Origin: Escherichia coli
GTDB taxonomy: Bacteria; Pseudomonadota; Gammaproteobacteria; Enterobacterales; Enterobacteriaceae
Assembly (NCBI RefSeq): GCF_016903815.1
Contig: NZ_CP069973.1
Strand: one strand, 5' to 3'
Length of the DNA: 64,000 nt
Positions 10,982-21,660 of the stretch are shown in pieces. Each line of letters begins with the position of its first letter. Position 1 is the stretch's first letter. Under the pieces are notes generated by a model. That model saw nothing but the letters and a program-made list of their open reading frames with translations. It ran no database searches and was not told the origin of the DNA. Made by a program: the position numbers and the translations under genes.

Positions 10982-11391
10982 GTCAAAAATACTTTTCCCT
11001 GATGTTTTCCTCAATTAAGTATTTTATCCTCTGGCCTACAAGGCTGGAGGATTTTTGTTATTATATTATTTTTTGCGTCTTCAAACTTATTACAAAAACA
11101 TAATTAAAAGCAAATTGACATTTTTAAATTGGCAATTACAAAATACAGCCTTGCAGTTATTTCGATACCTTTAGCAAAGGAAAAGTTGATTCAGATATAA
11201 TTTAGCATTTCAATCATCTGACATCATTATAAAAAATGAGATTCACATAAAGATAAAATTATTGTTCTCAAGGAAAGCATGAAGGGGCTTTGTAAGCAAT
11301 ATTCATTCAGTGCCAAGACAGGACTTGATACACAGAATCTCAACTTTTATGCTCTCAGACTATATCACCACATGTTTTACAGGCTCAGAAA

Positions 11392-12435
11392 ATGAACGAT
11401 AGATTATGCTTTGAAGTGCACGATAACCAGGGTTATTTCGTATTTCCGGATACCTGGTTTGGCCCATTGCTGGGGGAGTTTGAAGAAGTGCTTGATGCAT
11501 ACGACGCTGATGAAATCAGCGAGACGAGTTACATCAACAAACTCCGACGCCTTGCTCAACGGGAGCCGGACTTTATTGATATACACGCTCATCTGGCATA
11601 TGCATTTCTGGAACAGAATGCCCCGCGTAAGGCACTGAACGCCGCTCTTAAAGGACTGGCGGCAGGTAATCGTATCATCCCGGAAAGTTTCTGTGGTGAA
11701 ATAATCTGGATGCATCCCGAAAACCGGCCTTATCTGCGCGCGCTTTATGCAGCAATTCTCGCAAATGTGCACTTACAGCGCCATCAGGATGCGGTTATGC
11801 TCACTGATAAAATACTGGCATACAATCCTGAAGATAATCAGGGGGCTCGCTGGTTGTTGGGTTCAGAGCTGTTACGCACCGGCGATCATGAGCGAGCCTT
11901 CAGTGTACTGAAAGAGCATGCTGATGAATTTTCACCTTACTGGTATGAACTCGGTCTCCTGCATTTTCTGAACGGGGAACATGTTAAGGCCGCCACAGCT
12001 TTTCGCCATGGCTTTGCCACAAACACTTACATCGCAGAAATGCTGTGCGGAAATCTGCATCCATTTCCACTTGCTGTGTGGCATGACTTCTCCGGCTCTC
12101 TGGATACGGCAGAAGATTACTATGCAACATACTCACCATTATGGGGACAATATCCGGAAGCATTGCTGTTTGTAAACTGGCTCTATAATCATTCCTCTGT
12201 GCTGCATGAACGGGCAGAAATCATTAAATGCGCCGAAATGCTGATGCAGGAAGATGATTTCGAAATATGCGAAAGTATTTTAAGACAGCAGGAGAAGTTG
12301 CGTGAAAGAATTGATGAGACGCTTTCTGAAAAAATTGTACAGAAATGCAGAAATATGAATGGTGAATATGTCTGGCCCTGGATATTGCCGTTTTCAGCGG
12401 CAGGCATGAAACATACTGGCATACAGTATCAGTAG
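11392..12435 (+). CDS. hypothetical protein (347 aa), island cargo of unknown function
   Basis: Long ORF after a 410-bp AT-rich spacer downstream of the integrase; predicted mainly helical, no recognised motif. Confidence 0.55.
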   Translation: MNDRLCFEVHDNQGYFVFPDTWFGPLLGEFEEVLDAYDADEISETSYINKLRRLAQREPDFIDIHAHLAYAFLEQNAPRKALNAALKGLAAGNRIIPESFCGEIIWMHPENRPYLRALYAAILANVHLQRHQDAVMLTDKILAYNPEDNQGARWLLGSELLRTGDHERAFSVLKEHADEFSPYWYELGLLHFLNGEHVKAATAFRHGFATNTYIAEMLCGNLHPFPLAVWHDFSGSLDTAEDYYATYSPLWGQYPEALLFVNWLYNHSSVLHERAEIIKCAEMLMQEDDFEICESILRQQEKLRERIDETLSEKIVQKCRNMNGEYVWPWILPFSAAGMKHTGIQYQ

Positions 12436-12832
12436 ATATTGCATTAGTGTATCCTGCACACAAGTAATAATTTATCCACCAATAATAACACTGTTAATGT
12501 CCCCTTCCCCTGGTTGTCAGCCAGGGGTTATCTTCTGAATATTTCTTTTGAAAAGGATAACACAGTAAATTATTTTTATGAATTATCCCATGGACTCATT
12601 AACACCCTTTCATAATGCTTTATTGTCAAACACGTTATGGCTGACATCAAAAAAAACCGGATTTCCTCTGCCAGCGGGTAATCACCTTCCCGGTGTTTTC
12701 GGTTGGTCTGGTTACTCCTGTCTGGTTATTAGCAAGATAATTGCTATAAACAGTGGAAAACTCATCGTACATAATCTGGTGATGAACATTACGCTTATTT
12801 TCCCTTGACCGGAAGAATCAGAGGCTGTGGTT

Positions 12833-13903
12833 TCAGTCATACAGTCCATCTCCTTTAATCGGAGTTGGCTCTTTCCCTGGCCGTATACGGCGAACAGATT
12901 CTCGTATTACCAGTTTCCCATACAAAAGTAATGCACCAACAGTTGCATCAGGACGTACAAGTCTTTGTTGTAACATATGTACCGCTTCAGTACCCAGTTC
13001 ATCGCGAGGTACATGTACTGCCGTAAGTGGCACATCTTCTATTGCAGCCAGATTAAACCCATCAATACTCATTACGGACACATCTTGTGGCACTCGTATA
13101 TTACGTTTTTTTAAAGCGTTAATTATACCTGCAGCAATGAAGTCCCCACTTGCCAAAAAAGCAGTCGGTAGCATACTTTTCTCTGTCATATCCAGCCATG
13201 CTCCGACTTTTTCTTCGGCTTCTTTGGCGCTGAAACTATTAATAGTGAGTAAATCTCTGTCATCTTTAAAGTTCTGATTCTGTCTCTCCCATGCTTCTTT
13301 AATTCCGGCAAGTCGCAGTTCCATTGTGTATCGACGTAAACACATAATGTTCATTACTCTGCGATGCCCCATTTCAAACAGAAAGTGAGACGCAAAAGCA
13401 CCAATGTTTTTGTGATCTGGAGCAACTGTGGGAAGACGCATACGTCGATCATGGCAGTTAATCATTACGCACGGCTTAGAAAAATCTGCTGCAAGATCAT
13501 GTATATGAGGATCATCAATACCAAGCAATATTGCAGCCTGTGTTTCTGCCTCATTCATGCGCGCCAGGAATTTTGAAGGTGTACTATCGAACTCATCAAG
13601 GGCACAGTAACGCAACCGAACCTCATAATGCGATAATGCCTTGCTGATGCTTTGGATTACGCGGAAATAAAAAATGTCTGTTCGCTCATCAAAAGCCCGT
13701 TGAGGAGCAAAAATGACAAGGTTGTTTAACAACATACGGCCGGATGCCATTCCATCCATAACCCCAAGCTCTCTGGCACACGCCAATACTTTCTCGCGGG
13801 CACGATAACTGGTATTAGCTTTACCCGCTAAAACCCGTGACACGGTGCTGGATGAAAGGCCTGTTCGCATGGCAATATCAGCAATCTTTAGTTTTTTTTC
13901 CAT
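12833..13903 (-). CDS. LacI-family transcriptional regulator
   Basis: N-terminal HTH (KIADIAMRTGLSSSTVSRVLAG) plus periplasmic-binding-like sugar-binding core; start placed at first ATG (the track ORF begins at an upstream TTG, 13927). Confidence 0.8.
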   Translation of the reverse strand: MEKKLKIADIAMRTGLSSSTVSRVLAGKANTSYRAREKVLACARELGVMDGMASGRMLLNNLVIFAPQRAFDERTDIFYFRVIQSISKALSHYEVRLRYCALDEFDSTPSKFLARMNEAETQAAILLGIDDPHIHDLAADFSKPCVMINCHDRRMRLPTVAPDHKNIGAFASHFLFEMGHRRVMNIMCLRRYTMELRLAGIKEAWERQNQNFKDDRDLLTINSFSAKEAEEKVGAWLDMTEKSMLPTAFLASGDFIAAGIINALKKRNIRVPQDVSVMSIDGFNLAAIEDVPLTAVHVPRDELGTEAVHMLQQRLVRPDATVGALLLYGKLVIRESVRRIRPGKEPTPIKGDGLYD

Positions 13904-14164
13904 ATTGTGATCTATCTCTAATTTCAAAATGAAAAAATTCTCATGGGATGGAATAGCCTGACTGCAAGGACTTCTGACTATTTTTAGAATTTATATGAAC
14001 TACTTATGAAAAAACGTGCACAATACCAACTTTTTTTCATCGCCCCCCTCTTTTATTGTGAATGAGTAGTTCCGGTTTAAGTATTAAGCCGAAAGGTAAA
14101 GTGGGATGTGGCAACCCCGAGCTGCGTTGTCGCTCGATCATTTATTACATCCGGTGGGGTGATT

Positions 14165-15466
14165 ATGAGTCAGGATATAAATAATAATATAGCTGTCAGC
14201 AAACACCGTCGAATAATAAGACAACTACGGTGGTGGATGTTAATCCTTTTTCTAATGGGTGTCACTGTCAATTATATTACCAGAAACTCATTAGGTATTT
14301 TGGCACCAGAGTTAAAAGACAGCCTTGGAATTACAACTGAACAATACTCCTGGATTGTTGGTGGATTTCAGCTTGCATATACCCTTTTTCAGCCACTTTG
14401 TGGATGGCTAATTGATGTTATTGGGCTCAAGATTGGATTTATGATTTGTGCTTCATTATGGGGAATTGCTTGTCTTCTGCATGCAGGAGCAGGAAGCTGG
14501 ATACAGCTTGCGTTGCTTCGTTTTTTCATGGGAGGTGCTGAGGCTTCTGCGACACCTGCAAATGCAAAAATTATAGGTGAGTGGTTTCCAAAATCTGAAC
14601 GTCCTGTTGCTGCTGGCTGGGCGGGTGTCGGTTTTTCTATCGGTGCAATGCTTGCACCACCAATTATTTACTTTGCACATGCGTCATTTGGTTGGCAGGG
14701 TGCATTTATGTTTACAGGTGCACTTGCAATTCTTTGGGTTTTCCTTTGGTGGGCGTGTTATAACACACCAGAAGAGCACCCAAACTTAAGTAAAAATGAG
14801 CTCAACTTTATCCGACAGGATAACGAAGCTCCTCCGGTAAAAATGCCTTTTCTGACCGCGTTAAAAACAGTTAGTAAAAATAAACGCTTTTATGGAATCG
14901 CTATCCCTGCATTTATGGCAGAGCCAGCATGGGCTGTAATGAGCTTTTGGGTGCCATTATATCTTGCAAAAGCATATGGCATGGACCTTAAACAAATAGC
15001 TCTGTTTGCATGGTTACCATTTCTTTGCGCTGATTTAGGAAGTATTGCCAGCGGATATCTGACAAAACTCTATACCCGTCTGTTTGGGTTAAGCAGAGTA
15101 AATTCTGTTATTGCGTCCTCTGTAAGCGGAGCATTTCTAATGGTTTCGCTTGCTGTGATTGCTTTTATCGACAATCCATATATTGCTATTGTACTTATCT
15201 CCATTGGTGGTTTTGGTCATCAGATAATTTCCTGCATGTTAAGTGCCCTGGTCGTTGAATCTTTTGATAAGGGGCAGATGGCCACTGTTAATGGAATGCG
15301 TGGTTCAGCCGCATGGATTGCCAGCTTTTTGTTCTCACTGATTATTGGCGTTACTGCTGACAAAATAGGCTTTAACCCGCTATTTATCGCCATGGGATTT
15401 TTTGATCTTATTGGTGCTTTTTTTCTGGTTACTTTTATTGCAGAACGTCGCAAAAAACGCACCTGA
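14165..15466 (+). CDS. MFS transporter (ACS/ExuT-like sugar acid/oligosaccharide permease)
   Basis: 12-TM MFS; start placed at ATG preceded by GGTGGGGTGA RBS (MSQDINNN...); the track ORF extends upstream to 14108. Confidence 0.8.
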   Translation: MSQDINNNIAVSKHRRIIRQLRWWMLILFLMGVTVNYITRNSLGILAPELKDSLGITTEQYSWIVGGFQLAYTLFQPLCGWLIDVIGLKIGFMICASLWGIACLLHAGAGSWIQLALLRFFMGGAEASATPANAKIIGEWFPKSERPVAAGWAGVGFSIGAMLAPPIIYFAHASFGWQGAFMFTGALAILWVFLWWACYNTPEEHPNLSKNELNFIRQDNEAPPVKMPFLTALKTVSKNKRFYGIAIPAFMAEPAWAVMSFWVPLYLAKAYGMDLKQIALFAWLPFLCADLGSIASGYLTKLYTRLFGLSRVNSVIASSVSGAFLMVSLAVIAFIDNPYIAIVLISIGGFGHQIISCMLSALVVESFDKGQMATVNGMRGSAAWIASFLFSLIIGVTADKIGFNPLFIAMGFFDLIGAFFLVTFIAERRKKRT

Positions 15467-15480
15467 GGGAGTATGTGGAG

Positions 15481-17862
15481 ATGAAAACATTAAAAAACTG
15501 GAAACTACAAAATCAGTCAGCCCATCATATAGAGCTATTAGTTGATGGTCAGCATTCTCTTTGCCTGTATATACTCGAAGAAAATATGTTCCGGGTTCTA
15601 TTAAAACGGAAGGGGGTTTTGTCGCTGGACCGAACCTGGAGCATTGCTCCGGAAAAGGATGTCCCGTGGGAAGGGCGTCATCGCGAAGATATTAGCGGTT
15701 TTTCACTGCCGACCTGGAACATGGAGCAGAATGATGAATTACTGACAATCACGACCAGTTCATTACGCGTAATTATTCACAAGCCTTTATGGCTTGAATG
15801 GCATTATAAGGATAATGCTGGTCAGTGGCAGGAACTTGTTAATGATCGCCCTACCAGTGCTTATCTGATAAACGCTCATGGTGATGGTGTTGCACACTAT
15901 CAAAGTCGACGTAATGACGAGCGTTTTTATGGACTTGGTGATAAATCCGGGGATCTGCAACGCACAGGAAAACGCTATGAAATGCGGAACCTGGACGCAA
16001 TGGGATATAATGCAGTAAGTACAGACCCTCTTTATAAACATATTCCATTTACAATTACTCACCGTAGCGATATTAGCTTTGGATTATTTTATGATAACCT
16101 CAGCAATAGTTGGCTGGATTTAGGTAATGAAATAGATAATTATCATACAACTTACCGCCGTTGGCAGGCTGAGGCGGGAGATATTGATTATTATCTTTTC
16201 ACTGGCAGATGTGTACTTGATATCACCAAAGCCTTTGTTCGTTTGACGGGGAAAACACTCTTCGGTCCAAAATGGAGTCTTGGGTACAGCGGTTCCACGA
16301 TGCACTATACAGATGCACCGGATGCTCAGAATCAATTGATGCAGTTTATTCGTCTTTGTAAGGAACATGCTATTCCATGTGATTCTTTCCAGCTATCTTC
16401 TGGTTATACTTCTATTAATGGTAAACGCTACGTATTCAACTGGAATTACGACAAAGTTCCACACCCTAAAATGATGAGTCAGGAGTTTCATAATGCAGGG
16501 ATACACCTGGCCGCTAATATAAAACCATGTTTATTGCAGGATCATCCTCGCTATAACGAAGTAGCAGAACAAGAGCTCTTTATTCGTGACTCTGAATACA
16601 ACGTCCCGGAACGCTCCAGCTTCTGGGATGATGAGGGTTCTCATCTGGACTTTACGAACCCACAAACAGTCGCATGGTGGCAGGAAGGTGTAACCACACA
16701 ACTACTTGAAATGGGAATTGATTCCACCTGGAATGATAACAATGAGTTTGAAGTATGGGATGGGGAAGCGCGCTGTCATGGTTTTGGCAAAGAAATCGCC
16801 ATTAAACACATTCGGCCAGTAATGCCTCTTTTAATGTGCAGAGCATCTATGGAAGCACAGCAAAAATTTGCACCGAACAAACGACCATATTTGATTTCCC
16901 GCTCTGGATGCGCCGGATTGCAGCGTTATGTTCAGACATGGAGTGGGGACAACCGAACTAACTGGGATACCCTTCGATACAACACCCGCATGGGGCTGGG
17001 AATGAGCCTCTCAGGATTGTATAACATTGGTCATGATGTCGGTGGTTTTTCTGGTGATAAGCCTGATCCAGAATTATTTGTTCGTTGGGTTCAGAACGGT
17101 GTTATGCACCCCCGATTTACGATCCACTCGTGGAATGATGATCATACTGTCAATGAACCATGGATGTATCCGGAAGTAACACCCGCGATTCGTAGTGCAA
17201 TTGAGTTACGTTATCGTCTTATGCCTTATTTATATACATTATTGTGGCAGGCACATGCCGATGATGAGCCAATATTACGTCCAACCTTCCTTGATCATGA
17301 GCACGATGTTCAGACATTTGAAGAATGTGATGATTTTATGCTGGGACGCGATATTCTGGTTGCAAGTGTCGTGGAAGCAGGGCAACGACAACGACGAGTA
17401 TGGTTACCCGACAACAAAACAGGATGGTACGACTTTTACAATGGCGAATGGTTCTGTGGTGGTCAATGGATAACAATCGACGCGCCACTGGAAAAACTAC
17501 CATTATTAGTACGTGCAGGTGCAGGTATTCCTCTTAGTGAACGTATAACATACGTGAGTGAAGCGGAAGATAATCATCGTAAATTGAAATTATTCCCAAT
17601 TAAAGGAACGGGTAAATCCACCGGACTTCTGTTTGAAGATGATGGCGAAACTTGGGGATATACTGAAGGTAATGCTCTGTGGCTTGAATGGGAGCTGGAC
17701 TGCACAGCCACTACAATTGAGTTAAGAATAAACACTCATGGAGATTATCGCCCTGCATGGGAAACATTGAAAGTGATAATTCCTCAGGGAGAAAGTCGTC
17801 AACTACTGATTAACGGCATTGAGGCTTATGAATGGAATATGAACCTATCCTGTAATGATTAA
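15481..17862 (+). CDS. glycoside hydrolase family 31 (alpha-glucosidase/alpha-xylosidase-like)
   Basis: GH31 signatures including WNDNNE and GDN; start at ATG after GAGGGAG RBS; second GH31 enzyme in the window besides yicI. Confidence 0.85.
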   Translation: MKTLKNWKLQNQSAHHIELLVDGQHSLCLYILEENMFRVLLKRKGVLSLDRTWSIAPEKDVPWEGRHREDISGFSLPTWNMEQNDELLTITTSSLRVIIHKPLWLEWHYKDNAGQWQELVNDRPTSAYLINAHGDGVAHYQSRRNDERFYGLGDKSGDLQRTGKRYEMRNLDAMGYNAVSTDPLYKHIPFTITHRSDISFGLFYDNLSNSWLDLGNEIDNYHTTYRRWQAEAGDIDYYLFTGRCVLDITKAFVRLTGKTLFGPKWSLGYSGSTMHYTDAPDAQNQLMQFIRLCKEHAIPCDSFQLSSGYTSINGKRYVFNWNYDKVPHPKMMSQEFHNAGIHLAANIKPCLLQDHPRYNEVAEQELFIRDSEYNVPERSSFWDDEGSHLDFTNPQTVAWWQEGVTTQLLEMGIDSTWNDNNEFEVWDGEARCHGFGKEIAIKHIRPVMPLLMCRASMEAQQKFAPNKRPYLISRSGCAGLQRYVQTWSGDNRTNWDTLRYNTRMGLGMSLSGLYNIGHDVGGFSGDKPDPELFVRWVQNGVMHPRFTIHSWNDDHTVNEPWMYPEVTPAIRSAIELRYRLMPYLYTLLWQAHADDEPILRPTFLDHEHDVQTFEECDDFMLGRDILVASVVEAGQRQRRVWLPDNKTGWYDFYNGEWFCGGQWITIDAPLEKLPLLVRAGAGIPLSERITYVSEAEDNHRKLKLFPIKGTGKSTGLLFEDDGETWGYTEGNALWLEWELDCTATTIELRINTHGDYRPAWETLKVIIPQGESRQLLINGIEAYEWNMNLSCND

Positions 17863-18459
17863 TTTATTGTAGAGGGTAAATCATGGCCAAATAAAGGCAC
17901 TGTAAGAGTAAAACTTATAGTGCCTTTATATACAAGCCAGATTATAACGCCATGCAATGAAACGCCCCCATGCATACGTAGATTAACTATCTCTTACCAT
18001 TTTACATATCCGAAAGAATATGTTTTAACAGAAAGGTAAAACATGAGCGATAATAAAAAAGAGCACTTCCACAATGTAATAATAAGATGGGTTATTATTT
18101 TCGCCACTATTGAATACATATATTTATTTATAAAGTTTCTCTAAAGTCTTAATACCCATCCCATCAAAAAACAATGCGGGGTTGTTAAAATAACAACATA
18201 ACACTGTTTTCATGAGAATAGTAAAGCGTTTATTCAAAACCGTTTATAGCAACCCCATAAACCCAACATAGCAATTGAGTTTAAAAAGGAGATTTCATTG
18301 TCCCCTATCAATTAAACTTCATGTTTTTTAGTTTGTTTATAAAACAACATCATATCTCCTATAAAATACTCAGCAGTATTAAACCACCTTATCTTTAACC
18401 AAACTATTTATTCCGCAAGCCCACACTTATGGATATTTACCGTTGGTAATGACTCCAAC

Positions 18460-18963
18460 TTACTGATAGTGTTTTATGTTCAGATAATGCCCGATGACCT
18501 TGTCATGCAGCTCCACCGATTTTGAGAACGACAGTGACTTCCGTCCCAGCCTTGCCAGATGTTGTCTCAGATTCAGATTATGTCGCTCAATGCGCTGAGT
18601 GTAACGCTTGCTGATAACGTGCAGCTTTCCCTTCAGGCGTGATTCATACAGCGGCCAGCCATCCGTCATCCATACCACGACCTCAAAGGCCGACAGCAGG
18701 CTCAGAAGACGCTCCAGTGTGGCCAGAGTGCGTTCACCGAAGACGTGCGCCACAACCGTCCTCCGTATCCTGTCATACGCGTAAAACAGCCAGCGCTGAC
18801 GTGATTTAGCACCGACGTAGCCCCACTGTTCGTCCATTTCAGCGCAGACAATCACATCACTGCCCGGTTGTATGCGCGAGGTTACCGACTGCGGCCTGAG
18901 TTTTTTAAGTGACGTAAAACCGTGTTGAGGCCAACGCCCATAATGCGTGCACTGGCGCGACAT
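18460..18963 (-). CDS. insB: IS1 InsB reading frame (expressed as InsAB by frameshift)
   Basis: ORF-track 167-aa frame overlapping insA inside IS1. Confidence 0.8.
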   Translation of the reverse strand: MSRQCTHYGRWPQHGFTSLKKLRPQSVTSRIQPGSDVIVCAEMDEQWGYVGAKSRQRWLFYAYDRIRRTVVAHVFGERTLATLERLLSLLSAFEVVVWMTDGWPLYESRLKGKLHVISKRYTQRIERHNLNLRQHLARLGRKSLSFSKSVELHDKVIGHYLNIKHYQ

Positions 18964-19157
18964 CCGACGCCATTCATGGCCATATCAATGATTTTCTGGT
19001 GCGTACCGGGCTGAGAGGCGGTGTAAGTGAACTGTAGTTGCCATGTTTTACGGCAATGAGAGCAGAGATAGCGCTGATGTCCGGCAGTGCTTTTGCCGTT
19101 ACGCACCACGCCTTCAGTAGCGGAGCAGGAAGGACATCTGATGGAAATGGAAGCCAC
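18882..19157 (-). CDS. insA: IS1 InsA (91 aa)
   Basis: ORF-track protein [40 protein letters not shown]... inside the IS1 copy. Confidence 0.85.
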   Translation of the reverse strand: MASISIRCPSCSATEGVVRNGKSTAGHQRYLCSHCRKTWQLQFTYTASQPGTHQKIIDMAMNGVGCRASARIMGVGLNTVLRHLKNSGRSR

Positions 19158-19212
19158 GCAAGCACCTTAAAATCACCATCATACACTAAATCAGTAAGTT
19201 GGCAGCATTACC

Positions 19213-19301
19213 AAATCTGGAGCTACCACGCGTTGTTCTGGCTGGCGATAGGGATGTTGGGTATTGCGATGATTTGCCTGCTGTTTATTAAAGATATTTA
19301 G
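19213..19301 (+). pseudogene. 3' remnant of an MFS sugar-efflux gene (setC-like), truncated by IS1
   Basis: Immediately after the IS1 end an in-frame stretch ...IWSYHALFWLAIGMLGIAMICLLFIKDI-stop remains with no start; in K-12 setC lies between selC and yicL (recalled). Confidence 0.5.
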
Positions 19302-19411
19302 CTCACCAGTCTGGGCTAAGAAAAATCGGCGTGGCGCAAACAGAGCCATCCTCGCCATTTTTGCTATCATGCCTGCATACATAAACGACAAAACAGTATG
19401 CAGAGGGAAAA

Positions 19412-20335
19412 ATGGGTTCCACCAGAAAGGGGATGCTGAACGTTCTGATTGCCGCCGTGTTGTGGGGAAGTTCAGGGGTCTGCGCGCAATACATCATGGA
19501 GCAAAGCCAGATGTCGTCGCAGTTTTTGACTATGACGCGTTTGATATTCGCCGGTTTGATTCTGCTGACGCTGTCATTTGTTCATGGCGATAAAATCTTT
19601 TCTATTATTAACAATCACAAAGATGCCATTAGTCTGCTGATTTTTTCCGTGGTTGGCGCGCTAACCGTACAGCTCACCTTTTTACTGACCATTGAAAAAT
19701 CGAATGCTGCCACGGCAACGGTGCTGCAATTCCTCTCACCGACGATTATCGTCGCCTGGTTCTCACTGGTGCGTAAATCCCGCCCGGGCATTCTGGTTTT
19801 TTGCGCTATTTTGACATCGCTGGTCGGGACTTTTTTACTGGTGACACACGGTAATCCGACGTCATTATCAATCTCTCCGGCCGCGTTATTCTGGGGCATT
19901 GCCTCGGCATTTGCTGCGGCATTCTATACCACCTATCCCTCAACGCTAATTGCCCGCTATGGCACGTTGCCTGTCGTCGGCTGGAGTATGCTGATCGGCG
20001 GTCTGATTCTGTTGCCTTTTTATGCCAGACAAGGGACAAACTTTGTCGTTAACGGCAGTTTGATTCTGGCGTTTTTTTATTTGGTGGTCATTGGTACGTC
20101 CCTGACATTTAGTCTGTACCTGAAAGGAGCACAATTAATTGGCGGGCCAAAAGCCAGCATTTTGAGCTGTGCAGAGCCATTAAGTAGCGCGCTGCTCTCT
20201 TTGCTGTTGCTGGGGATCACATTCACATTACCGGACTGGCTGGGCACACTGCTGATTCTGTCATCGGTGATTTTGATTTCAATGGATTCCCGTCGCCGCG
20301 CCAGAAAAATAAATCGTCCGGCGCGGGATGAGTGA
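19412..20335 (+). CDS. yicL: EamA/DMT-family inner membrane transporter (307 aa)
   Basis: 10-TM EamA-like protein; position before nlpA matches the E. coli core. Confidence 0.85.
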
Positions 20336-20338
20336 GAA

Positions 20339-21157
20339 TTACCAGCCAGGCACCGCGCCACCGTTAAAGATGGTTTCTGCCGCTTTAGCGACTTCGGATG
20401 ATTGATAAGATTGCAGAAATTCCTTCACGTTTTCTGCATTCTTATTATCTTCCCGTGCTACCAGAATATTCACATACGGCGAATTCTTATCTTCAATAAA
20501 TACGCTGTCGTGCACCGGAGAAAGCCCGGTCTGCTGAATGTAAGTGGTGCTGATAATCGCCACATCAACTTTGGGATCATCCAGTACGCGCGGGAGCTGC
20601 GCCCCCTCGAGTTCCATAATCTGCAAATGACGAGGATTCTCGGTTATATCCAGCGCGGTAGGTAGTAACCCTTTTCCCTCTTTCAGAGTAATTAGCTTCT
20701 CTTTTTGCAACAGTAAAAGCGCGCGACCAAGGTTGGTCGGGTCGTTGGGGATCGCCACTGTCGCGCCTTCTTTTATTTGCGCCACGGTTTTGATTTTTTT
20801 GGAATAACCCGCCATGGGGAAGACAAACGTATTTCCCACCGCTACCAGTTTATAACCATGCGCCTGATTATCTTGTTCAAGAAAGGGTCGATGCTGGAAG
20901 ACGTTCGCATCAAGCTCGCCATGATTTGTCGCATCGTTCGGTAGCAACGAACCGCTAAATCCTACCAATTCAACATCGAGGCCATATTTCTCTTTTGCCA
21001 CCTTTTTAGCGACTTCCGCGACATCTTGTTCTGCGCCATTAATAACGCCCACTTTAATGTGCTTTTCATCGCTGCTGCTCTGGTCGCAACCTGCCAGCAG
21101 AATTCCTGCCAGTAATAATGCGCCCCCCGCCCGTAGATGATGTGTTGTCAGTTTCAC
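20339..21157 (-). CDS. nlpA: lipoprotein-28, methionine-binding lipoprotein family (272 aa)
   Basis: Lipoprotein signal with lipobox LAGC; NlpA/MetQ-like substrate-binding domain. Confidence 0.9.
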   Translation of the reverse strand: MKLTTHHLRAGGALLLAGILLAGCDQSSSDEKHIKVGVINGAEQDVAEVAKKVAKEKYGLDVELVGFSGSLLPNDATNHGELDANVFQHRPFLEQDNQAHGYKLVAVGNTFVFPMAGYSKKIKTVAQIKEGATVAIPNDPTNLGRALLLLQKEKLITLKEGKGLLPTALDITENPRHLQIMELEGAQLPRVLDDPKVDVAIISTTYIQQTGLSPVHDSVFIEDKNSPYVNILVAREDNKNAENVKEFLQSYQSSEVAKAAETIFNGGAVPGW

Positions 21158-21366
21158 TTTTTTATCCTTTTTTTAATCGTTAACTGACTATAATGGCAAG
21201 ATCACTACGATTTAAAAAACGAAAAGCTATCGAATAGAAGAAAAAGGTATATAAAACTGGCACTTCTTACTGACCACGCAAACACCTTTCGTACAGCATG
21301 ATGAGAGCGGCAAAAGCAAACTACACTTATGCTTCATTCGATGCACATTTGCAGAAGGTTGCAGCT

Positions 21367-21660
21367 ATGAAGCCAACGATGCTACTCATGATTACCGTAT
21401 TCCTGACTTTCCCAGCCATTTCTCAGGCCGAATCGCCATTCAGTTCTCTACAGTCGGCAAAAGAAAAGACCACGGTATTGCAAGATTTACGTAAAATTTG
21501 CACGCCACAGGCGTCATTATCAGACGAAGCGTGGGAAAAATTAATGTTGTCTGATGAGAATAACAAACAACATATCCGCGAAGCTATTGTGGCGATGGAG
21601 CGTAATAATCAGAATAACTACTGGGAAGCGCTGGGTAAAGTGGAATGCCCGGATATGTGA
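21367..21660 (+). CDS. yicS: small secreted/periplasmic protein YicS (97 aa)
   Basis: Start placed at internal Met (MKPTMLLMITVFLTFPAISQA signal peptide); the track ORF extends to 21298. Confidence 0.75.
   Translation: MKPTMLLMITVFLTFPAISQAESPFSSLQSAKEKTTVLQDLRKICTPQASLSDEAWEKLMLSDENNKQHIREAIVAMERNNQNNYWEALGKVECPDM

Larger units (their letters stand above)
18445..19212 (-). mobile_element. IS1 insertion sequence, 768 bp, reverse orientation
   Basis: Terminal sequences GGTAATGACTCCAACTTACTGAT... and ...CAGTAAGTTGGCAGCATTACC read directly; contains insA/insB; no matching 9-bp target duplications at the flanks. Confidence 0.9.
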
